A DNA stretch of 20,000 bases, from NCBI GenBank assembly GCA_000442015.1, contig KE561045.1:56453-76452 (forward strand), given 5' to 3'. The translations under genes were made by a program, and so were the position numbers. Below are positions 9,572 through 18,354 of this stretch, in pieces. The notes beneath the pieces were generated by a model. It did not search any database and was not told the origin of the DNA. It saw nothing but the letters and a program-made list of their open reading frames with translations. Source of the stretch: Rozella allomycis CSF55. Its lineage: Eukaryota. The first letter of the stretch is position 1. Every line of letters begins with the position of its first letter.

Positions 9572-11798
9572 ATGAATTCCAGAGATAAATTTGCTAAACG
9601 TCAAAATGTAAAAATCATGATTTTTTAAAACTCAGATAAATTGTTTTGATATCTCTAAAGACTTGGCAGCAAATGGACTTCGAATTGTTGGTTCTTATGC
9701 ATTGGGAAACGTGATCGGCGAAGGTACGAGATTCAAGTGGATTATATAGGCTCTTTTGGTAAAGTAAAAGATGCAAGACACATTTATACAAATACCAAAG
9801 TATTCATATTTTTGAGTCCAAGATAGGTGGCAATTAAAATAATCGACAAGATGTATTTACCGGTGGTCGAAAGAGAAATTGATGGGTGGAAAAAGTTAAA
9901 GCACAAATATATATCCCAACTATTTGAAGTATTTACTACAGAGACAAAAATATACCTTGTTATGGAATATGCATGTAATGGCGAGATTTTCGACTATCTT
10001 GTTGCAAGGAAAAGACTGGATGAAAACGAAGGAAAAAGACTTTTTAAACAACTTGCGCAGGCGATTGAATACTGCCATTCAATTAATATAATTCATAGGT
10101 ATTAATTGATTTCTTTGTTTAACAGAGATTTAAAGTTAGAAAATATTCTTCTTGATGAAAATTGGAATATAAAATTAATAGATTTTGGATTTATAAAAGA
10201 AACTGACGGAAAAAGTTTAATGGATACACATTGTGGCTCATTAGCCTATTCTGCCCCTGGTATAATTGTTAATCAAATAGAATATAGAAATGATTCAAGG
10301 AAAGAAATATACAGGATTTGAGGTTGATATTTGGTCACTAGGAGTTATTCTTTACACGTTATGTCTTGGATTCTTGCCATTTGATGATGATAATGAGAAC
10401 ATTCTGCAACAGAAAATTTTGCAGGGTGTCGTGGAATTCCCTTCTGATATTTCAGTTTCAGAAGAATTAAAAAATTTAATTACATTAATGCTTCAAACAG
10501 ATTCAAAAGCTAGGCCAAGTATTACAGATGTTCTTTCACATTCTTGGCTGCAAGATGAAAAGAAGTTTTCGAATAACAATGCTTATGACAATACAGTTGA
10601 TTCCATTATAAAAGTCCCTTTTATAGATAATAATAAAATAAATGATGAAGAAGAATGCAAATTAGATGAAAAACTAATCGACCAAATACAAGAGCTTTTT
10701 GGTGATGATTCTTTCAAACTAAAAGATCATTTGATGGAAAATAAAGTTAATTCGTACACCACTCTATATTATTTGCTAAAGAAAAAGAGGTCACTCTCCA
10801 AATTGTCTCCAATGTCGCCTAATGAAGAATCCTCTCCCTTAACTCCTGCGATTGATTCCCAAAAGCCTATGCAATTTTCATTCGAGATACCTAGCGGTGG
10901 TTTGGATATGTCTCAATTTTTGTCATCGAAACTTGAGCCCAAAAGAAAGAATGGTGGAAATCAGCCACTTGCATTATTGAAATCAAAAGGGAAGAATTTT
11001 GGATCTGATTCAAAGCCTAAATTTTCATCAAGCACTGTTCAGAATATAATCAGTGAAGAAAACGAAGAAGATTTGGACAAAAAGTCATCATCAACAGAGT
11101 CAATTTCATCTGTAGTCATGTCATCGGCATTTAACAGTAACGAAAACATTTCTATTAATGTTTTTTCAACAACGAAAACCACTCCTGAAGTGCCTGCCAA
11201 GCCTAGCAAGGAACCCAAAAAATCAAAATTGTTTATTTCTACAACCTGTCATGACAATGAATCTGATGTTTCTTCTGTAAATTCAGAGACGAAGCCTCCG
11301 ATCAAATACCAGAAAGATGTCGCCAGCCATTTGACAGTTATCCAGACGAATTTTTCGAGTACCAAAGAAACGCTTTCAGAGATCAATTCTATACTAGTGA
11401 GTCTAGGAATAAAGTATAAATCATACGCCAACAAGTTCTTTTGTTTGGCCAAGTTGTCGCTCCAGACCAATAGTGGAATGAACGTTGGCATGTACCATTC
11501 TCACCGACGAAAATCTGATAGTTTCTTGGACACCCAGATTAGAGATCAATTGGTAGCCAAGACTAATTTTGCAGAGCCGTTTTCAAAGTATAATGGCAGC
11601 CAAAAAATGTTGGGAGAAGAATTGAAGGAGGATGTCAGGACTGAAAATATAAGGTTTGAAATTCAGATAATCAAAGAAAAGAAGAATTATGGGATAAAGT
11701 TTAAGAGGATATCAGGAGAGCAGTGGCATTATAAGAGCATATGTGATCAAGTGTTGAATAAACTGCATCAGAGTGTCAATCAAAACAGCGGCATGTAA
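9572..11798 (+). CDS. CAMKL (MARK/Kin1/SNF1-related) Ser/Thr kinase with C-terminal KA1 domain, ~696 aa
   Basis: Exons 9572-9607, 9636-9723, 9750-9799, 9827-10098, 10126-10259, 10288-11798 (introns 28, 26, 27, 27, 28 nt). Splicing restores IGEGSFGKV, VAIK, HRDLKLEN, DFG, THCGSLAYSAPE and DIWSLG. KA1-like end: IRFEIQIIK...GIKFKRISGEQWHYKSICDQVL. Exon 1 is less certain. Confidence 0.9.
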
Positions 11799-11882
11799 TC
11801 ATTATAACGAATAAAACATAAATTGTATCTTTGCATGTTTTCATTGAACTTGAATTTCTTTGTTTCCTATTTGTAAATTTAC

Positions 11883-12295
11883 ATGATTATGGCGGATGTT
11901 GGAACATATTACAAGGATGTCCAATTTCTGTTACAGAGTGAATTTACACCGCCATCAATGAGAATTGATCCTGAAGAAAGGTTTTTGCAAGAGCGAGCAC
12001 AGATTATACCCAAACTGCCTTCAGTTAGAGATTTTGAGACTATAGTGCATGAAGAACACAAAGTAACTAGTAATTTTAATGGTTAGGGTAGGAGGTGAAA
12101 ATATATGAGCGACCACAGGCTCATTCGAGTAAAGTAGAAGAAAAAGAGGAGAGTAGAGAAAGAGGGTGTGAGAGTGTTCAATNAGGGTGTGAAAGTGTTC
12201 AATTGACTGATACCGAGATGGAGGCGGAATTTTACCATGTATTGAAGCAAGTGACCGAGGAGCATTTTAAAGCAGACATAACTTTAAAACAGTGA
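11883..12295 (+). CDS. Hypothetical protein, ~127 aa, spanning an N gap
   Basis: ORF-track frames 11883-12086 and 12095-12295 are joined in frame by a 29-nt GTAACT...GTAG intron (12063-12091). No recognisable domain. Confidence 0.5.
12163..12203. repeat. Direct repeat AGGGTGTGA(G/A)AGTGTTCAAT on both sides of N12183
   Basis: 12163-12182 and 12184-12203 match at 19/20. Either a collapsed 21-bp minisatellite or a contig-overlap artefact. Confidence 0.7.
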
Positions 12296-12345
12296 GTAAC
12301 TTGAAAACAGAAAACTTAAATAAACCCAAAGATTTTCCAAGCCAC

Positions 12346-15300
12346 ATGAAAAATTTAAGAGTTTGTTCTACGACTTTTGAATCATTTGAGGGTTCTGTGA
12401 GTGAGGGGTTTATTGTATATACGTATGATAAAAATGCGAGTTATTTGTACCGCGAGAGTGACGGCTGGTATTTGCTGGACAAGGGTGGTAGAATCAAGTT
12501 GGAGCTACCGAATGAGAGTATAGTTTCTGCGCGATATTTGTATTTGAAGGAGAGTGTGTGGGTGTGTTTTGTTGGTGGAGAGATGTATTTAGTGAATAGC
12601 GGGTATGAGAGTGAGTTTGTTGGGAAGATTGAAGGGGGGATTAGATGTGGGAGTACGAGTCCAGATTCTGAGATAATTGCGGTTGTTAGTGGAGATTATT
12701 TGATGATAGTGATGAATTGTGAGTTTGATGTGATAGTTGAGAAGAGTGTGTTGGATGAAGAGGAGAAGGATGCGTTTGTGCAGCTTGGATGGGGGCGAAA
12801 GGAGACGCAGTTTCATGGACGTGCTGGCAAGGAGGCTGCTGTTGAGAAGCGGGAGAGTGTTGATGGGAGTGTTAGTGAGGAGGATGATGGGAGGGTGAGG
12901 ATATCGTGGCGAGGGGATGGAGAGTATTTTTGTGTGAGTTTGATTGAGCCTGTGAGAGTGAAGAGAAGTTTGCGGGTGTTTGATAGGGAGGGTAATTTGA
13001 GGAACAAGAGTGAGGATGTAAAGTATCTTGAGCATTCGCTGGGGTGGAAGTAAGATGTTGATGTAGTTGAGATAGACCGAATGGTAGTTTGATAGCGAGT
13101 ACGCAGAATACGCCCAAGGGAAAGCAGGTTGTGTTTTTTGAGAGGAATGGATTGAGACATGGAGAGTTTGTGTTGAGGGATGATTATTCTGTGTGTGAGA
13201 TTGAATGGAACAATGATAGTTCGTTGTTGCTGTTGGTTTGTGCAAAGGAGGCAGAGTTTAAGTGTAAGGATGATTTGTTTGTGTGAGATAGTGAAGATTT
13301 ATGGGAGTAGCAATTATTATTGGTATTTGAAGCAAGAAGTGAAGATTGATGGAAGAATAATGGATGTGAAGTTTAGTGTAGAAGATAAAAATGTGTTGAA
13401 TATTTTAACAGACAAGGGGATTGAGATGATTGAATTTGAAGAGAAATATTTTAGTGTTGAATCGCGTGTGTTTGTGATTGATGGAAAGAGATTGTTAGAG
13501 ACTGATTATGCAAAGGCGAATATTCCCCCACCGTTTAGTCAAATTGAATATGAAATGAGAGATGTTGTAAAATGTGTTGAATTTAATGAAAATGTTTTTG
13601 TAATTTTACAAGATCAAACCCTTGTCAATTGTGTTACGAAAGAAGAAATATTTAGATTTGAAGGATGTGAAATTAATTGTTTTTCAGTTTTATCAAAAGA
13701 TGAATTTTTGTTGTTTGATTCAAGAAAGAAAGAATTGATTTATTTTAATAGAATTGATTTGATTAAAGTTGGAATGAAGCAAGACATTTTAAACTTTAAA
13801 GGAGAATATTTTCAAACCAAGCAAAGTGTAAACAAAGTTAGAGTTAGAAGGGAAAGGGGAGTTGAAAGAGAAGGGGGAGTTAAAGGTGAAGCATCAATGG
13901 AAGTAGAAGGTGAAGCATCAATAGAAGTAGACGGTACAGCATCAGTAGAAGAATCATCAAATGTTCAAGTTGTTTCAATTCAAATCGTTTATGAATGCAA
14001 TTTCAGAATTGATGATTTCTTTATTAAAGATGAAAAAGTAATTTTGAAAAATAAAGGAAAAATCTTTATTGGAGATTTTCTTTTGATTGAGAATATTAGA
14101 CAAATCTTTTCTACAAGGGATTATTTAATCTTTATAACATTTGAAAATGAATTAATCTTTTATGATTTCAATGAAGATTTTTATGAATTTGAAGATAAAT
14201 TAAAAATAGAAAATGAAATGAGAAAAAGATTAGTTGAAAAAGGTGCCATGATTGTTTGTTATATAAATGATGGCTTAGTCCTTCAAATGCCACGTGGTAA
14301 TCTAGAAACTATATATCCTAGATCTATAGTCATCCTAGCAATTCAAAATGAAATTAAAAACAAAAATTATCTAAAAGCTTTTGAAATGTGTAGAAGACAC
14401 AGAATAGATCTCAACTACCTTGTAGATTACCAGGATATAGATTTGAATCTATTTTCTACACAAATCACTAAAACTGAATATTTAAATCTTTTTATTTCAA
14501 ATCTGAAAAATGATAAATCTAGTTTACAAAAATATTCTTTTCAAAATGAAGATCTATCAGATCCAGAAAAGATTAACAGAATCTGTTCCAAACTGATGGT
14601 TCTATTAAATGATAAAACTGAATGTATTTTGACTTGTCTGGTTAAATTAAACAGAATTGAAGATGCTTTGAAATTAATTCTTAAACATGAAAACAATTCA
14701 AGAGAGAAAATGATTGAATATTTAGTCTTTCTAGTCAACGTTGATTTCTTATTCAATTTAGCCCTTGGCATCTACAATCTAGAATTGGTTCTTTTAGTGG
14801 CTAAATTCTCTCAAAAAGATCCAAAAGAATATCTTCCATTCTTAAACAAAATTAAATCTATCCAAGATTCAAATCTACAAAAATTTCACATCGATGATCA
14901 TCTAAAGAAACACAAAAAAGCTTTATCACATCTCTTCTCTTACTTTGAATCTTCAAATGATTTCTCTCTATTCCAAAATTACACTAAATCTCACAATCTA
15001 TTTTTAGATGCAATCAATCTATCCCAAAATCATCCAAATCTTTTAAATTCAATTCTCATTGATTACGCTAATTCTACTTCTGGTTCCATAGATTCGGCTA
15101 ATGCTTTCTTCTTATCTAACGAAATTTCTCAATCTATAGATCAATTTGTAAACATGGGTTGTTACAAGGAAGCTCTAATTTTAGCTTCATCGAAAGATCA
15201 AGAAAAATCAATCTGTGCAAAATCTATTCCCATTCTCTTGGATCAACACAGAAAAGTTGAAGCAGCTTACCTGTCTTTAGATTACTTGAACGATGTTGAT

Positions 15301-15948
15301 TCTTGCATTCTCTATCTCTCACAAGAAAACAAATGGATGGATTCGTGGCGTATCGCTAAATCTAAAAATAGACTCGATTTAATTGAAACAATCGTTCATC
15401 CCTCAATCATCGCTTCCTTTGATTCCTTCATTGAGCAAATTAATGAACTAAAAGAAAACTTTATCAAAAAATCAAATAGAATTGAAATCATCAGAAACAA
15501 GAAAGAATCAAATGTCGAAGGTATTGAATTTCTGCCTGACACAGCTTCAATGATCACTGGGCTCACAATCTCCCAAATAACAAACAGTACTCGCAGAACC
15601 GCTAAATCTAGAAGAAAAGAACTAAGACAGAGATTAAGAGGCAGAGAAGGCACTCCCTACGAAGAAGAATACATTCTTCTAACAATCAAAGGGTACTTTG
15701 AGAAATTCAATGATCTCAAACCTCAAATATCATCACTCTCTAGATGTCTCCTATTCATTAACCATAGAGAGAAATCTACCAGCCTCGAAAATGCATTCTT
15801 AAGTCTGGGAAATTTATTAAATGAAAAGAGAAACGCTCTTTTTGTTCATCCAAATAATCCTATTCCGAAACCTGAAGATAAGAAACCTATTGATGTGCCA
15901 AAGGAATTGAACAATGAGTGGAATAGTAAAGTCATTTCTTCCTTTTAA
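12346..15948 (+). CDS. ELP1: Elongator complex protein 1 (Elp1/Iki3/IKAP), ~1182 aa
   Basis: Starts MKNLRV. Exons 12346-13049, 13076-13263, 13292-15948 (introns 26, 28 nt). Motifs VQLGWGRKETQFHGRAGK, ISWRGDGEYF, WKPNGSLIAS, FFERNGLRHGEF, NYYWYLKQ, VLQMPRGNLETIYPR, SQKDPKEYLPFL and the basic tRNA-binding region RRTAKSRRKELRQRLRGREGTPYEEEY. Confidence 0.97.
13849..13956 (+). repeat. In-frame coding minisatellites in ELP1 (2 x 18 bp, then 3 x 24 bp)
   Basis: agggaaaggggagttgaa / agagaagggggagttaaa, then ggtgaagcatcaatggaagtagaa / ggtgaagcatcaatagaagtagac / ggtacagcatcagtagaagaatca. They encode RERGVE REGGVK GEASMEVE GEASIEVD GTASVEES. Confidence 0.85.
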
Positions 15949-16087
15949 ATAAACTACTTTTTAATTAATTGAAAATTGAAATNAAATTGAAATTATTGAG
16001 ATAATTCATTCTTTTATTGATTTAAATCGTTCAGAAAAAGAATAAATTGAATTTAAAATTAAAAATGAAATTGTATTCGCTGCAAGC

Positions 16088-16091
16088 AAAA
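16088..16091 (-). terminator. Pol III terminator (TTTT) immediately after tRNA-Asp
   Basis: AAAA on the + strand directly abuts the discriminator base. Confidence 0.7.
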
Positions 16092-16163
16092 CTCTTCGTC
16101 GGGGAATCGAACCCCGGTCTTCCGCGTGACAGGCGGAGATACTCACCTCTGTACTAACGAAGA
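16092..16163 (-). tRNA. tRNA-Asp (anticodon GTC), intronless
   Basis: Reverse complement TCTTCGTTAGTACAGAGGTGAGTATCTCCGCCTGTCACGCGGAAGACCGGGGTTCGATTCCCCGACGAAGAG. Acceptor stem TCTTCGT/ACGAAGA, anticodon arm TCCGC-CTGTCAC-GCGGA, T arm CGGGG-TTCGATT-CCCCG, discriminator G. Confidence 0.97.
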
Positions 16164-16326
16164 TGTGTTATGGGCTAAGTGGTTAAAGTAATAACAAGAG
16201 AACATCTCTTCAGAAAGTTCGCAATCTCCAATGCAGATGGCAATTTATCAATTTATAGTTTAAAAGTATATATCAAATTGCAAGATTTATTTTGTCACGT
16301 CAAGTTTGTCTATTTATCAGCAATAA

Positions 16327-16632
16327 TTAGTTGATGTACTTTTCCACATCATCCGACAGCTGCAACGAACTCAACCGAGCAGCCACCCCACCTAGTCACC
16401 CAACCCATATTACATTACACGTCTGCTTGCTATTCCTATGCTCCATCCATTCCTTTATCTGCCCAAGCGCCTCTTCCGGCGCATACACCACATTCCCGTC
16501 CTCGTCGAAATACCACGCTTCAGGGTCGAAATACTCTTCTTCAAATGCGTCCGACATTGTTGGTACCTGCATGTGCCAGTCCAGTTCTTCTAGCTCTGCG
16601 CTCGTAAATCCAAAGTTATTGGGTTCGGCCAT
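16327..16632 (-). CDS. Small acidic hypothetical protein, 92 aa
   Basis: ATG at 16632 preceded by AAAA. Exon 16632-16419, 27-nt GTAATG...CTAG intron (16418-16392), exon 16391-16327. Protein: MAEPNNFGFTSAELEELDWHMQVPTMSDAFEEEYFDPEAWYFDEDGNVVYAPEEALGQIKEWMEHRNSKQTCGVAARLSSLQLSDDVEKYIN*. GC is higher than in the flanks. Confidence 0.65.
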
Positions 16633-17254
16633 TTTCTGAAAATCTTAATTATTGGCGATGAGATGGAGGAAGATTCCAGAAATATCAAAAGCATAAATTT
16701 ATAGTTTTTATTGATAGTCAATGTATACAAATGTATTTTAAATTCTAAGAATATGTAAATTAATGCATGTCGTGGTATACGATCAGCCGATATATGTGGA
16801 CGAAAAGAGGATAAATTGAAAGACTAGACTCGTTTCTGATAACAGTTTGGAAATTCAGTCGTTTCAACTTTTCTCTTGTGCTTAAATAAATGATATATGT
16901 GCTCATAAGAAGCGAGCATTCACGAATAAAGTCAAAACTTGAAACGATTCCAATCATTCCATTTCCAAGAAAATATTGGAAAGGAGTCCAGAAACGTTAG
17001 TAAACAATAAGATTTGGAGGTATTGTTCTTAGAGTTAATACTTATGTTCTTATTCTTACAAAGCTATGCTAATGAAAAAACATAAAATGTTTGTATCATT
17101 TATCATTAATTCATTACTATCCGATTCATTAGACTATATCATTAATAATGTCTATTGTCCAAAGCTCTTCAATTTACATAATTCATTTTGCAATATTCCC
17201 AAGAATGAAATTTCTTTTTTACAACAACTATCCCTTTTTTAATTCTGGCACTCN

Positions 17255-17369
17255 AGAGTAATTGCAAGATCATACGATGCTTTGTGAAAAATAGCGAACA
17301 CGGTTACACGGAACATATTTATATTTAAAATTAGTTCTTTAATGCGAGCGAAGCGAGTACAACTGCTAG
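17255..17369 (+). mobile_element. Helitron-like 3' terminus (remnant) abutting N17254
   Basis: Hairpin TGCGAGCGAAGCGAGTA (17343-17359), 6 nt, then CTAG (17366-17369) followed by T, which is the canonical Helitron 3' end layout. The upstream sequence reads with frameshifts as RV...RCFVKNSEHGYT.NI.Y..KLVL*, like the end of a RepHel helicase. Confidence 0.6.
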
Positions 17370-17540
17370 TATCAATGACATTATGGTTGGCATAAGTCAT
17401 AACCTTATTTAATTTCTCATATAGACTTTTTTAACTAAAATCAAGATCATCAAAGCTTATTGTAAGCATATATATATATACACGAGATATCATGACTAAT
17501 TATTCTTAATGATAGGAGAACAAAAACATTTAAGTACATA

Positions 17541-17685
17541 CAGGGCATTCCACATCAATATCGCCGCCGCGGTATGGTATGCCGGTAGAAGAACTATTAA
17601 CTTCAAAATAGCGATTTAATAAACGCCATAATTCCTGCACTCGGCCAAAGTGCGGAGCTTTGCGATATTTATGCGGAATGCCCTG
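17541..17685. mobile_element. 145-bp MITE with 24-bp terminal inverted repeats (Tc1/mariner-like)
   Basis: Left TIR CAGGGCATTCCACATCAATATCGC (17541-17564) matches the reverse complement of 17662-17685, CAGGGCATTCCGCATAAATATCGC, at 22/24. Left flank TA, right flank GA (TA target duplication possibly mutated). Confidence 0.75.
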
Positions 17686-18122
17686 GATGTATTCATTAAA
17701 GCCGTATGTATGCCTAGCCATTTCCCGATTTCGTAAATCTTCTAGGTAATTTTGAAATTGATTTTACCTTTCGGAAAAAAACAAATTCAAAAATGGTACC
17801 TGTCAAAGCTTGGGCTAAAAAACTAGAGCCCAAAAATTCTAAGTACTCGTCAATTCTTCCAGAATAGCAACAGTCATTTCGAAACAGAACCACCGAATGA
17901 ACGATGCTTCAAGACAATAACAATTTTGAATATGAGCTTGCTTTGCGAGGAAGGTCTCTACCTATATAAGCCAGACTTACTAAAAACAATAATAAGAAAT
18001 AAACATGCAGCGGTAGAAAATGTCCTATATCTGACTGTCATGAACCTGCAAATTGCCGATGTACATCCAGCCTATTAAATCCCGGTTGTTGTAACAGCCA
18101 TGGTTCATTCCATTTGAGTAAT

Positions 18123-18312
18123 ATGATGACGTGCTTAGTAGTTAATAAAAAGCAAGAATATCAATTGAAAGGAACGGAGCCTGTGAAGTATATACTTTTG
18201 GTTACCGTGAATTGGAATTACGTGTCCACGATACCCATTAACGAATTACTTTAAATTTATACCAGCTTCTCCAGAGAATCCGACTGTTGCGTTTCATTTA
18301 GCATTGTATTAA
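18123..18312 (+). pseudogene. Decayed fragment resembling the CxC domain associated with KDZ/Zisupton transposases
   Basis: ...VKYILLVTVN...IPINELL, a frameshift, then KFIPASPENPTVAFHLALY* (18253-18312). This resembles the 'QLL..GFFPASP..P..AF..LL' motif of CxC domains. By-eye match only. Confidence 0.4.
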
Positions 18313-18354
18313 ATAATAAAAAGTATTTTTATTAAATGCAAACGTGTTGTTATT

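Larger units (their letters stand above)
5997..17254. other. Five single-N positions (5997, 7611, 12183, 15983, 17254), probable scaffold joins
   Basis: Two have duplicated sequence on both sides (12183, 15983), two bracket the nuclease-like ORF, and one abuts the Helitron-like end. True gap lengths are unknown. Confidence 0.7.

Noticed and set aside
12292..12345. Splicing or N-terminal extension fusing the 11883 orphan to ELP1 via GTGAGT at 12292
   Set aside because: Acceptors at 12310 and 12331 both lead to stops, and ELP1 has its own conserved MKNL start at 12346.
12589..13245. Minus-strand ORFs of 218, 115 and 81 aa rich in H/P/T/S/L
   Set aside because: Antisense to ELP1; the C/A-rich minus strand in the skewed region is depleted of stop codons, so long open frames are expected.
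15948..16163. Functional link between ELP1 and the adjacent tRNA
   Set aside because: Elongator modifies wobble U34; tRNA-Asp(GTC) has G34, and an N gap (15983) separates the two.
16637..16668. RRPE-like TGAAAATCTT plus PAC-like GCGATGAGATG pair
   Set aside because: PAC/RRPE regulation is characterised in ascomycete yeasts, the pair sits within ~30 nt of a non-ribosome-biogenesis ORF start, and no PAC is seen upstream of PWP2. Probably chance.
17530..17721. 63-aa minus-strand ORF
   Set aside because: Lies almost entirely within the MITE and translates its inverted repeats.
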